Source of the DNA: an uncultured Acidobacteriota bacterium
Lineage (GTDB): Bacteria > Acidobacteriota > Vicinamibacteria > Fen-336
Length of the DNA: 64,000 bases
Assembly: GCA_963720545.1 (NCBI GenBank)
Contig: OY970399.1
Span: 3,200,001-3,264,000, forward strand
Direction of reading: 5' to 3'
The notes below the pieces were generated by a model that made no database searches, was not told the DNA's origin, and worked only from the letters and a program-made list of their open reading frames with translations. Shown here one piece after another: positions 35,398 through 43,930 of the stretch. The position numbers were made by a program, and so were the translations under genes. Every line of letters starts with the position of its first letter. The stretch's first letter is position 1.

Positions 35398-38300
35398 CCC
35401 GATCGGCTGCGCCGGAGGAGTCGGTCGAGAAAACCGCCGCCATCGGCCGGCGCGTTCGCGGGGGGCTTTGAAACCACCTTGGGCTCGGCCACACCAACGG
35501 TCTGCAGGGAGGCGGCGATCTGCCCCAACGTCTGGAAGATGAGGTCGCGGGTGTGAAGCTTCACGCCGGTGAGCGCGTGGATGCGTTGGGCAGCGTTGAT
35601 GGCCAGGAGGGAGTGGCCGCCCAGGTCGAAGAAATTGTCCTCCGGCCCGACAGTCTCCACTTCGAGGAGTTCGCTCCACACGCCACCGACCAGCCGTTCG
35701 GCGTCGGTGCGCAGCGGCGCCGGCGGCACGCGGCCGCCCGCATGGACGGCGTCGGGCGCGGGCAGTTGCGCCTTGTCGATCTTGCCGTTGGGGGTCAGGG
35801 GCAGCCTGGGAAGAACCACGATCGAGGCGGGCACCATGTACTCGGGGAGCTGCGCGCGCAGCAGCTTGCGCAACTCGTCGATGCCGCCGCGCGATTCGTC
35901 GGCGGCCACATAGGCGACGAGACGCTTGTCGCCAGGCCGATCCTCGCGCACCATGACCGCCGCTTCGCGGATGCCCGGTTGCTGGCCGAGGACCGCCTCG
36001 ATCTCGCCCGGCTCGATGCGGAATCCGCGGATCTTCACCTGCTGGTCGATGCGGCCGAGGTATTCGAGATCGCCGCTCTCGAGGCGCCGGGCAAGGTCTC
36101 CCGAACGGTACAGGCGCCCGGAGCCGGCGAACGTGTCGGGGACGAAGCGCTGCGCCGTGAGCTCCGGCCTGTTCAGGTACCCCGCCGCGACGCCAGCTCC
36201 GCCGACGACGATCTCGCCCGGGACACCCTGCGGCACGGGCTCGCCATCGCCGTCGAGAAGGTAGACACGCAAGTCGGGGATCGGTTCGCCGATGACGCTG
36301 CCGGCGCCCGACTCGAGGTCGGCCAGCCTGATGGGTCGATAGGTCACGTGCACGGTTGTTTCGGTGATCCCGTACATGTTCACCAGGAGCGGCCGGTCCT
36401 CACCGTGCCGCTCGAACCAGGGACGCAGGCTCTGCAGCTCCAGCGCCTCGCCGCCGAAGATGACGTAGCGCAGCTTCAAGGGTGTCACCGTCTCGCTGCC
36501 GAGGTCGGCCTGGATGAGCTGTCGGAACGCCGATGGTGTCTGGTTCAGGACGGTGACACCCTCCGCTGCGAGCAGCTCCAGGAACGACTCCGGCGCACGG
36601 CTGACCCACTGCGGAACGATCACGACGCGTCCGCCGTAGAGCAGCGCGCCCCACAATTCCCATACGGAAAAGTCGAAGGCGTACGAGTGAAACAGCGTCC
36701 AGACGTCGTCCGCGTCGAAGTGAAACCAGTCGTTCGTCGCTTCCAACAGCCGGGCGACGTTGTGGTGGGTGACCCTGACGCCCTTGGGCTTGCCGGTGGA
36801 TCCCGACGTGTAGATGACGTACGCCAGGTCGTCGGGAGCCGAACCGGACGCCGGGATGTCGTCAGCGGCCTCGATCTCGTCGATGAGCGCCACCGTCACC
36901 GTGGCGCCTGCGAAATCATCGGCCAGGGCACGCTCCGTCACGGCTACACGGACGCCGGCGTCCTCGAGCATGAACGTGATCCGGTCGCGCGGATAGGCGG
37001 GATCCATGGGCAGGTATGCGCCACCCGCCTTGAGGATGCCGAGGATGCCGACGGCGACGGACAACGAACGCTCGGTGCGCAAGGCAACCAGGTGGTTGCG
37101 CTCGACGCCCATCTCCCGGAGCCGGGCAGCGAGTCCGTTCGCGCGCCGGTTCAACTCCGCGTAGGTCATGCTGTCGCCGTCGCACGTGGCGGCGACCGCC
37201 GTGGGGCGTGCCCGCGCAACAGCTTCGAACCGTTCATGGAGGCTGCGGCCAGGCGGGGAAGCCACTCGCGGGTTGAAGCGGCCCAGGACATCGGTGCGCT
37301 CGTTCGACGTGAGCAGGCTCAAGGAAGAGTTGACGGCGTCGGGGTTCGCGACGATCGACCGGAGCAGCGTCTCGTAGTGCGCGAGCCAGCGCTTGATGGC
37401 CGCGCCGGTGAACAGGTCGGAGTTGTACGCGCATTCGACGAGCGCGTCCTTGCCGCTGTCCACGACGTTCACCGCGAGCTCGAAGTTCGTGTAGGCCTTC
37501 GGCACCGTCAGTGACGCGATCGCGACGTCCTCGAAGTCGAACGGGGCGCCGATCTTGTCGATGTTGAAGGTGACGGCCACCAGCGGCGTGCGGCTCGCAT
37601 CGCGCGGGATTCTCAGGCGGCGGACCAGGCTGCCGAACGTCAGGTGCGGATGTTCCTGCGCATCCGCCAGGGCCAGGCGAACCGCGCGCAGGTGGGCGAG
37701 GAAAGGCTGGGTTGGATCGACGCGGACGCGCAGCGGCAGCGTGTGGACACAGTGCCCGACGAGCCGCGAGTCGTCGAGAAAGGCCTGGCCGGCGAGCGGG
37801 ATTCCAACGACGAAGTCGTTCTGCCGGGAAAGACGATGGACCAGGAGCTCGAAGGCGGCGAGCAGCGTCGCGAACAGCGTTGCGCCGGCCTTGGCGCCCG
37901 CGCCCTTCAGCGCCGCGTAGAGCTGCGGGTCGATGCGGTGCGTTTCCTGGGCGCCACGGAACGTCTTGGCCTCGGGTCGCGCCCGTGACAGCGGCAGGTC
38001 CAGCACGGGCGCGCCGTCCGCGAATTGGGCCGCCCAGTAGTCCTCGTCGGCCTTCCGGCCTGCGGCGGCGGACGCACCCGCCTGTTCGGTGACGTAGGCC
38101 GCATAGGAGGGCGCTGGCGGCAGTTGCGCGTCGATGCCGGAGCGATCGGCCGCGTAACAGCGGGCGAGATCGCTGAACAGCACGCTCGACGACCAGCCGT
38201 CGCACACGATGTGGTGAACCGTCAGCACGAAGCGGTTGCTGCGTTCGCCCTCGCGGACGACGAGAGCCCGAATCAGCGGGCCGCGCTCGAGGTCGAAGGA

Positions 38301-38681
38301 CGTTTCGCACTCGCGTTCCACGAGGGAATCGATCTCTCGCGCGCGTGCCTCGGTATCGAGCCCCGACATGTCGAGGACCGGCATCTCGACCGAAAACGCC
38401 GGCCGGAGCGTCTGGCCCGAGCCGTCCGCGGAGAGGACGGCTCGCAGCGCGGCGTGACGGGAGACGACCTGTGCGAGGGCCGCGCGCAGGGACTCGGTGC
38501 GCAATTCGCCCTCGAGGGTGAACACGAAGCACTGGTTGTACGAGCGGTTGGCGTCCTCGTCCATCGCCGCCGCGGTCCACATTTCGGCCTGCGGCTCGGT
38601 GAGTGGCAAGGTGTCTGGCTGGCTCTGCGGCGCAAACGGGTCGAAATCGACCGGTACGAGGTTGTGGCCGGTGTCAGTCAT
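35394..38681 (-). CDS. NRPS, domain order C-A(Thr)-T, no thioesterase
   Basis: HHIVCDGWS (C); YTSGSTGKPKG, FDFSVWE, NMYGITETTVH, NGKIDK (A); GGHSL (T). Confidence 0.93.
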   Translation of the reverse strand: MTDTGHNLVPVDFDPFAPQSQPDTLPLTEPQAEMWTAAAMDEDANRSYNQCFVFTLEGELRTESLRAALAQVVSRHAALRAVLSADGSGQTLRPAFSVEMPVLDMSGLDTEARAREIDSLVERECETSFDLERGPLIRALVVREGERSNRFVLTVHHIVCDGWSSSVLFSDLARCYAADRSGIDAQLPPAPSYAAYVTEQAGASAAAGRKADEDYWAAQFADGAPVLDLPLSRARPEAKTFRGAQETHRIDPQLYAALKGAGAKAGATLFATLLAAFELLVHRLSRQNDFVVGIPLAGQAFLDDSRLVGHCVHTLPLRVRVDPTQPFLAHLRAVRLALADAQEHPHLTFGSLVRRLRIPRDASRTPLVAVTFNIDKIGAPFDFEDVAIASLTVPKAYTNFELAVNVVDSGKDALVECAYNSDLFTGAAIKRWLAHYETLLRSIVANPDAVNSSLSLLTSNERTDVLGRFNPRVASPPGRSLHERFEAVARARPTAVAATCDGDSMTYAELNRRANGLAARLREMGVERNHLVALRTERSLSVAVGILGILKAGGAYLPMDPAYPRDRITFMLEDAGVRVAVTERALADDFAGATVTVALIDEIEAADDIPASGSAPDDLAYVIYTSGSTGKPKGVRVTHHNVARLLEATNDWFHFDADDVWTLFHSYAFDFSVWELWGALLYGGRVVIVPQWVSRAPESFLELLAAEGVTVLNQTPSAFRQLIQADLGSETVTPLKLRYVIFGGEALELQSLRPWFERHGEDRPLLVNMYGITETTVHVTYRPIRLADLESGAGSVIGEPIPDLRVYLLDGDGEPVPQGVPGEIVVGGAGVAAGYLNRPELTAQRFVPDTFAGSGRLYRSGDLARRLESGDLEYLGRIDQQVKIRGFRIEPGEIEAVLGQQPGIREAAVMVREDRPGDKRLVAYVAADESRGGIDELRKLLRAQLPEYMVPASIVVLPRLPLTPNGKIDKAQLPAPDAVHAGGRVPPAPLRTDAERLVGGVWSELLEVETVGPEDNFFDLGGHSLLAINAAQRIHALTGVKLHTRDLIFQTLGQIAASLQTVGVAEPKVVSKPPANAPADGGGFLDRLLRRSRSG

Positions 38682-38840
38682 TGAAGATCAGACGTCTCCT
38701 GGCGGGATGACGTGGGCGCCCTTTGCACCACACGAACGAACGCGATCCCATGAGCCGATCCCGCTAAGAGGGGCAGGATCATCCAAGCGTGCCAAATGCT
38801 TCTTGTCCGTGATGTTAGCAGGTTTCATCAGGGGCGCCGT

Positions 38841-38874
38841 GGTGAAGCCCGTCACGGATGCGTAGCGCATCACA
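38841..38874. promoter_or_regulatory. Two adjacent degenerate CRP/Clp-like boxes upstream of the minus-strand NRPS
   Basis: GGTGA-AGCCCG-TCACG (38841-38856) and TGCGT-AGCGCA-TCACA (38859-38874). Confidence 0.35.
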
Positions 38875-38914
38875 ATCGATTCAGTGGGGCGATCAGAGGG
38901 CTATCCCGGCTGCT

Positions 38915-39880
38915 TCATTCCGCGCGTTCGAGCCAGATTTCCCGCCAATACATCAGCTCGCCGCGCGGGCAGTCGCCCAGTTCGTCCTCGCAAAGACAGT
39001 CCCAGTCGTTCAGCTTCTTCGTCCCGGTGCGGACGTTGCGCAACAGGACTGTATCGCGCATTTCCCGCATTTCGCCGGTCGTCTCGTTGATGATCCGGTC
39101 AACCCGCTCCCTGACCTCGGCGCGCGCCCCGCAGTACCTGGTCATTTCGCGGCAGATGCCCATGCCCCGGTTGCTCCGCTTCTGATTCAGGGTCGCTGTG
39201 ATCTCGGCGCGGCTCTTGATTCGGACCGGGTCTCCGGTGATCAGGCCGAGCGAATGGCTCGGCGTGTTCTTGTTGGGTCCGCGGAGCACCCGCTTGCCGT
39301 TCATCGCGCGCTGCAAGCGCAGCGACGACCAGGTGAACAGCACCTTCAGCATCTCCACCAACGAACGATCGCCGTTGAGGATTTCCCGAAGAGCTACGCG
39401 CAACATCCACGGGCTCTTTTTCCCGGGGAAAGCTTCCGTGGCATTCAGCAGCTGGGTGGACTGACAGAAATAGCGCCTCTCATCCGTCCTGGTCTTCAGG
39501 CGAGCGCGCAACGCTTCGGTTCCGGGTTCGGACGCGGGTGTCGGCGTTTCGCCCGCACCGAGCGGCCGCAACCACGCTTCCTTCCAGAAGATCTTGCAGG
39601 CGCGCTTGCAACCATCGTGGCCGCTGCCGTCGCACCGTGACCCCGTCAGGACGACCACGTCGTTCGCGGCAAAACGCCGGTTGGGATATTCGGGAGGCGC
39701 GACCGCCACGCACGTCTTCTCCACCCGATGCTCGACGCGCAGGGGCTTGCCGCACCAATCGAGCATTTCAGGCATGAAGGGCAGGCCGTCCAGGGTGCCG
39801 TCGGCATCCAGGGTCTTCAGGATCTCCTCGGGAGAGCGAACCACCACTGGGTCCCCTGCGCGGAGTCTGTTGCGTTTCAT
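38915..39880 (-). CDS. Hypothetical protein with two internally repeated Cys-containing domains
   Basis: L.GD.V.v.S..EI..TL...EM...CG...V..RV...C...C...W.E.WL appears twice. Confidence 0.75.
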   Translation of the reverse strand: MKRNRLRAGDPVVVRSPEEILKTLDADGTLDGLPFMPEMLDWCGKPLRVEHRVEKTCVAVAPPEYPNRRFAANDVVVLTGSRCDGSGHDGCKRACKIFWKEAWLRPLGAGETPTPASEPGTEALRARLKTRTDERRYFCQSTQLLNATEAFPGKKSPWMLRVALREILNGDRSLVEMLKVLFTWSSLRLQRAMNGKRVLRGPNKNTPSHSLGLITGDPVRIKSRAEITATLNQKRSNRGMGICREMTRYCGARAEVRERVDRIINETTGEMREMRDTVLLRNVRTGTKKLNDWDCLCEDELGDCPRGELMYWREIWLERAE

Positions 39881-39948
39881 GATGATCCTCGTCCGTCTTC
39901 CCGCAGCGTCGTCGTGGTGCTCGCAGGCGAGCTACAGTCGGAGGGGGC

Positions 39949-41514
39949 TCACTCTCTTGCCAGCCCGACGCGCGCGAGGATTTTCGCACGGAGCGACGAA
40001 TCCAGGGCGAACCGCCAGTACAGGGGGACCAGGCTCACCAGCGCCCACGCCGCGGCAACTCCGAGCATGCCCCACGGTCTCGGTATCGGCAAATGATGGA
40101 TGAAAAACAGGCCTAAAGCATAGGGCGTGCAGTAGATGAACGGCTTGGCCAGCGATGACTTGTAGTAGCTAAACACGTTGAAGTGCAGGACGCGCGCCGC
40201 GGCGATCGGCGTGACCGTGCCCACAAAGACGGTGCGTGCCAGCGACACGGCGAGCGCCGCGCCCGTGAGCCCCCAGCCAAGCCGCACGGTGAACAGGTAG
40301 CTGAGCCCGAGGCCGGTGGCCGCGGCGAGCAGCGATTGCTTCGCGAACTGGCCGTGGCGGTTGAGCCCGGCGAGCACTGCCCACACCGGCTTGAACACGA
40401 TGCCCACCAGATTGCCGAGCGCCAGCGCCGCAACCAGGTAACCGTGCGGCGAATACGCCGGCCCCATCCAGGCCCAGAGCAGGTCGTCACCGAGGATCGC
40501 GAAGCTGGTCATCAGAGGCACGACGAAGAATGCGGTGGTGCGCGTCGCCGAAAAGAGCAGATCGCGCACGGCAGTCATGTCGCCGCGGCCCTGCAGCGAG
40601 CTGGCCGTCGGCGTCAGGACGAACGCGAACTTGTCGGCGAGGCTCTCTGTGTGGCGAATGATTGCCCACGGCCGCGCATAGAGGGCGAGCTGCGAGACGC
40701 CGGCGGCGGCAGTGACCATGAGGCTGTTGCCCTGGATCAGGATCAGCGACGAGAGTTGCACGAGGCTGGTCTTGAGGCCGTACGCGAAGGTCTCCTTCGC
40801 CTGCCCGCGGTCGAAGAGCGCGAGCGACACGCGCATCTCCGGACAGACCCTGTAGGCGAGCCTGGCGCGGAACAGCTCGGTGAGGATGGTGATGACGAGC
40901 GTCGCCACGCCAAGGCCGACGATGCCGTAGCCGAGCATCAGCACGATGATGTTGGCGATCACCTGCACGGCGTACGATCCGGCCGCGAGGGCGTTGTGCA
41001 GGTCCCAGCGGTGGCAGCCGGTGATGACGCCGCGGTAGAGGTCGAACGCCATCTGCACGGCAAGGCTCAGGCCGAGCAGCGCCACCAGGACCTGCGCCCG
41101 GCCCACGTCCTCGCCGAGCTGCGCGCCGAACCAGTGTGGCACGCCCCAGGTGGCGGCCAGGGTAAAGAGGGTAACGAGCAGCGCGACGCCGAGCTGCAGC
41201 ATCATCGTCGACGAGGTGACCCGGCGCAGCCCCGCGACGTCGTGCACCGCCCGGTGCTTGGCGACGTAACGGTTCACGGACGAGCCGATGCCGACCTGGG
41301 CGATGCCGAAGTAGGCGACCAGGTTCCAGGCGAAGTCCCAGAGGCCGAGCCCGGCCTGGCCGACCTTGCGGTCGATGATCGGCGGCACGATGAAGCCGCC
41401 GACGATGAAGACGAGGTAGCCGCCCCAGCTCGTCAGGACGTTGCGCAGCAGGCGGCTGCGGCCGGTGAGATCGATGGGGCCGGTCTCGATCCGCGCCGGC
41501 GGCGGATCGCTCAT
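39949..41514 (-). CDS. Oligosaccharide flippase (Wzx/MOP superfamily)
   Basis: Multiple TM helices; RLLRNVLTSW..., GIGSSVNRYVA; start uncertain (41514 or 41574). Confidence 0.85.
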   Translation of the reverse strand: MSDPPPARIETGPIDLTGRSRLLRNVLTSWGGYLVFIVGGFIVPPIIDRKVGQAGLGLWDFAWNLVAYFGIAQVGIGSSVNRYVAKHRAVHDVAGLRRVTSSTMMLQLGVALLVTLFTLAATWGVPHWFGAQLGEDVGRAQVLVALLGLSLAVQMAFDLYRGVITGCHRWDLHNALAAGSYAVQVIANIIVLMLGYGIVGLGVATLVITILTELFRARLAYRVCPEMRVSLALFDRGQAKETFAYGLKTSLVQLSSLILIQGNSLMVTAAAGVSQLALYARPWAIIRHTESLADKFAFVLTPTASSLQGRGDMTAVRDLLFSATRTTAFFVVPLMTSFAILGDDLLWAWMGPAYSPHGYLVAALALGNLVGIVFKPVWAVLAGLNRHGQFAKQSLLAAATGLGLSYLFTVRLGWGLTGAALAVSLARTVFVGTVTPIAAARVLHFNVFSYYKSSLAKPFIYCTPYALGLFFIHHLPIPRPWGMLGVAAAWALVSLVPLYWRFALDSSLRAKILARVGLARE

Positions 41515-41572
41515 CGGCGACTGCGGCGTCAGCGGCTCGCTCACCGGCGGGCCCGGTATATCATCCTTCCCC

Positions 41573-42760
41573 ATGCCTATCGGAACCCCGCTTCACAGCC
41601 GCACATCACAGTTGTGCGAGAGCCTCAACTGGCGCGACTGGGCCGGTTACTTCGCAGTCAGCGCCTATGAAGCGACCCACGAACACGAGTACAACGCCAT
41701 CCGGCAGGCTTCGGCGCTCATCGACATCTCGCCGCTGTTCAAGTATCTCGTCACCGGAACCGACGCGGCAAGGCTCATCGACCGCGTGATCACCCGCGAC
41801 GCGCACAAGATCTCCGTGGGTCAGGTCGTCTATACCCACTGGTGCGACGGTGACGGCAAGGTGATCGATGACGGCACTGTGGCGCGGCTCGAGGACGGAC
41901 TTTACAGGTGGACCGCGGCGGAGCCTACTCTGCGCTGGATCCGCCAGAACGCAACCGGCCTCGACGTCAACGTCGAGGACGTCTCGGAACGCATCGCCGC
42001 GCTCGCGCTGCAGGGGCCCACTTCGAAGGCGCTGCTCGCGAGCTGCGCCGAGGGCGACATCGCCGGCCTCAAGTATTTCCGCGTGATGAAGTCGCGCATC
42101 GGCGGCATCGACGTGCAGGTCTCGCGCACCGGCTACACCGGCGACCTCGGCTACGAGATCTGGTCGGCGGCCGGAGACGGGCCGCGCGTCTGGGACGCGC
42201 TGATGGACGCGGGCCGCGCCTTCGACATCACGCCCACCGGCATCCTGGCTCTCGACGTCGCGCGCATCGAGGCCGGCATGATCATGCTCGACGTCGACTA
42301 CACCGGTGCCAAGAAGGCGATGATTCCCTCGCAACGCTACACGCCGTACGAAATCGGCCTCGGCCGGCTCGTCAAGCTCGACAAGGGCCCCTTCATCGGC
42401 CAGCAGGCGCTGCAGCGTGAAGCAAAGCGCGGCCCGGCGCGCAGCCTCGTGGGAATAGAGGTGGACTGGCACGACGTCGAGAGCCTGCACGACAAGGCCG
42501 GCCTGCCGCCGCAGATCGCGGCCACCGCTTCGCGCGCCTCGATCCCGCTCTACCAGGACTCGGTGCAGGTGGGCCGCGTGACGAGCAGCGCCTGGTCGCC
42601 GCTCCTCAAGAAGCTCATCGGCCTCGCGTCGGTGCGCACCGACATGGCAAAGCCAGGCCAGCGGCTCGACATGGAACTCACGGTCGACCACAAGCGATTG
42701 CTGGCGGGCGCCACGGTAGCAAACCTGCCGTTCTTCGACCCGCCGCGCAAGAAGGCCTGA
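41573..42760 (+). CDS. Aminomethyltransferase (GcvT/DmdA) family protein
   Basis: GTPLH, DISPLFK, GKVIDDG, LQGP, SRTGYTGDLGYE, ARIEAG, PFFDP motifs. Confidence 0.9.
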   Translation: MPIGTPLHSRTSQLCESLNWRDWAGYFAVSAYEATHEHEYNAIRQASALIDISPLFKYLVTGTDAARLIDRVITRDAHKISVGQVVYTHWCDGDGKVIDDGTVARLEDGLYRWTAAEPTLRWIRQNATGLDVNVEDVSERIAALALQGPTSKALLASCAEGDIAGLKYFRVMKSRIGGIDVQVSRTGYTGDLGYEIWSAAGDGPRVWDALMDAGRAFDITPTGILALDVARIEAGMIMLDVDYTGAKKAMIPSQRYTPYEIGLGRLVKLDKGPFIGQQALQREAKRGPARSLVGIEVDWHDVESLHDKAGLPPQIAATASRASIPLYQDSVQVGRVTSSAWSPLLKKLIGLASVRTDMAKPGQRLDMELTVDHKRLLAGATVANLPFFDPPRKKA

Positions 42761-42764
42761 AGCC

Positions 42765-43199
42765 CTAGTTCTTGTCGGGCCCTTGCGGCAAGGGCGGGTT
42801 GGCGGTGTGGTTCTTCGTGTTCTTGCCGCCCCATTGGAGGCTCACGAGATCGGCGGCCCCCGGATGGCTGGGCGTGCGCACGTTCATGCCACGCCCATAG
42901 ATCGAATACTCGAGCCCAAAGCTGTCCCACCACTGCTGCATCGTGGTGTTGACATCCCGCGGCGCGGCCCGCACATCGATCGTGTCGTGAAACCGCGGCG
43001 AGTCGGGAAGGATCGGAGTCCCAGGCGGCCCATCGGAATACTGGGCGCCCCAAGGCCCGAGATTGAGCCGCGGCCTCGGCGCCCTGGCGTTGGATTTCGC
43101 GGTGCCCTTGGCGCCCGGCGACGGCGAAGCATGCTGCGCAACAGCGCTCCCCGCCACCAGCAAGGCCACCACGCCCAGCGCCGCCACCAGACCCTTCAT
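42765..43199 (-). CDS. Small exported hypothetical protein
   Basis: ATG 43199 gives signal peptide MKGLVAALGVVALLVAGSAVA|Q. Confidence 0.6.
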   Translation of the reverse strand: MKGLVAALGVVALLVAGSAVAQHASPSPGAKGTAKSNARAPRPRLNLGPWGAQYSDGPPGTPILPDSPRFHDTIDVRAAPRDVNTTMQQWWDSFGLEYSIYGRGMNVRTPSHPGAADLVSLQWGGKNTKNHTANPPLPQGPDKN

Positions 43200-43521
43200 C
43201 CCGTCCACTCTACCAATCTTGATCCAGCGAACGAGCCCTACGCGCACTGCTGCCGGAACAATGGTGGTCGATGCTGTGCGATCGGCGCGGTTGTTGGCTT
43301 GGTTGGCCGTGGGCACGCGGCGGCATCGTTAGGTGCGTTCGTGGCGCCGTGACGCCAGGGAAGCGAAGCCGCCGATCACTGGTGACGATCAATGAAGCTC
43401 ACACCGAAAAGCGAGTGGTCAGGAGACGCAATGAAACTCCTCTTCGGTGGGGCGTATCGCTCGGAGTCCATTACACGGCGGCCGTGCTGCAGCGGGTTGC
43501 ACGCCGAGGTTGGTGACGGAC

Positions 43522-43537
43522 TCCCAAAATGTAGGTG
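43522..43537 (+). promoter_or_regulatory. Distal NrdR-box-like site
   Basis: TCCCAAAATGTAGGTG fits the core CwAnATnTwG of the NrdR consensus. Confidence 0.45.
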
Positions 43538-43719
43538 CGCCTTGAGGACACTGACTTATCTAATGGTAATCACGAGTTGTGCGTCAATGGCTCGTGTTTC
43601 GCTTCTGCCAGTGCCGGCTAAGAGGGCGATGGCACGATACTTTTTTTCTGGGCGTTTTCAGGCGATTTTGCGAATTCCCAGCAAAGAGGCGGGTTCGGTG
43701 CGACGCTAAAGTCTTGTAA

Positions 43720-43766
43720 CGACAAGGTATAGCGCGATAGAATGAGAGCACCACAAGATGTAGCGC
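43720..43766 (+). promoter_or_regulatory. Tandem NrdR boxes upstream of nrdJ
   Basis: CGACAAGGTATAGCGC (43720-43735) and CCACAAGATGTAGCGC (43751-43766), 31-bp periodicity; TTGACA at 43774. Confidence 0.8.
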
Positions 43767-43930
43767 TTTTTTCTTGACAGTCCCGCTACGCCCGAGAAAA
43801 ATACCGATCCGCTAAACGGCACAGGACGCGATTGAACGAAGCGGAATGTTAGGGGTCGGGCCCGGGGCGGCAACGAGCCGGGTGACCATTAGAAGTAAGC
43901 AATATTGAGAGTCGAGCAGGAGGACCACAC

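Noticed and set aside
38775..38800. Sigma54 promoter (TTGGCACG on minus strand); also TGGCACG at 43630
   Set aside because: No properly spaced -12 TTGC element
38815..38835. Hammerhead-like CTGATGA...GAAAC on minus strand
   Set aside because: No stem II between the core motifs
32813..39880. Mobile element or island explaining the inverted NRPS block (slightly less GC-rich by eye)
   Set aside because: No integrase, transposase, tRNA or terminal repeats; the composition shift was not quantified
43200..43930. Cobalamin riboswitch upstream of B12-dependent nrdJ
   Set aside because: No convincing B12-box or conserved core recognised; NrdR boxes explain the regulation
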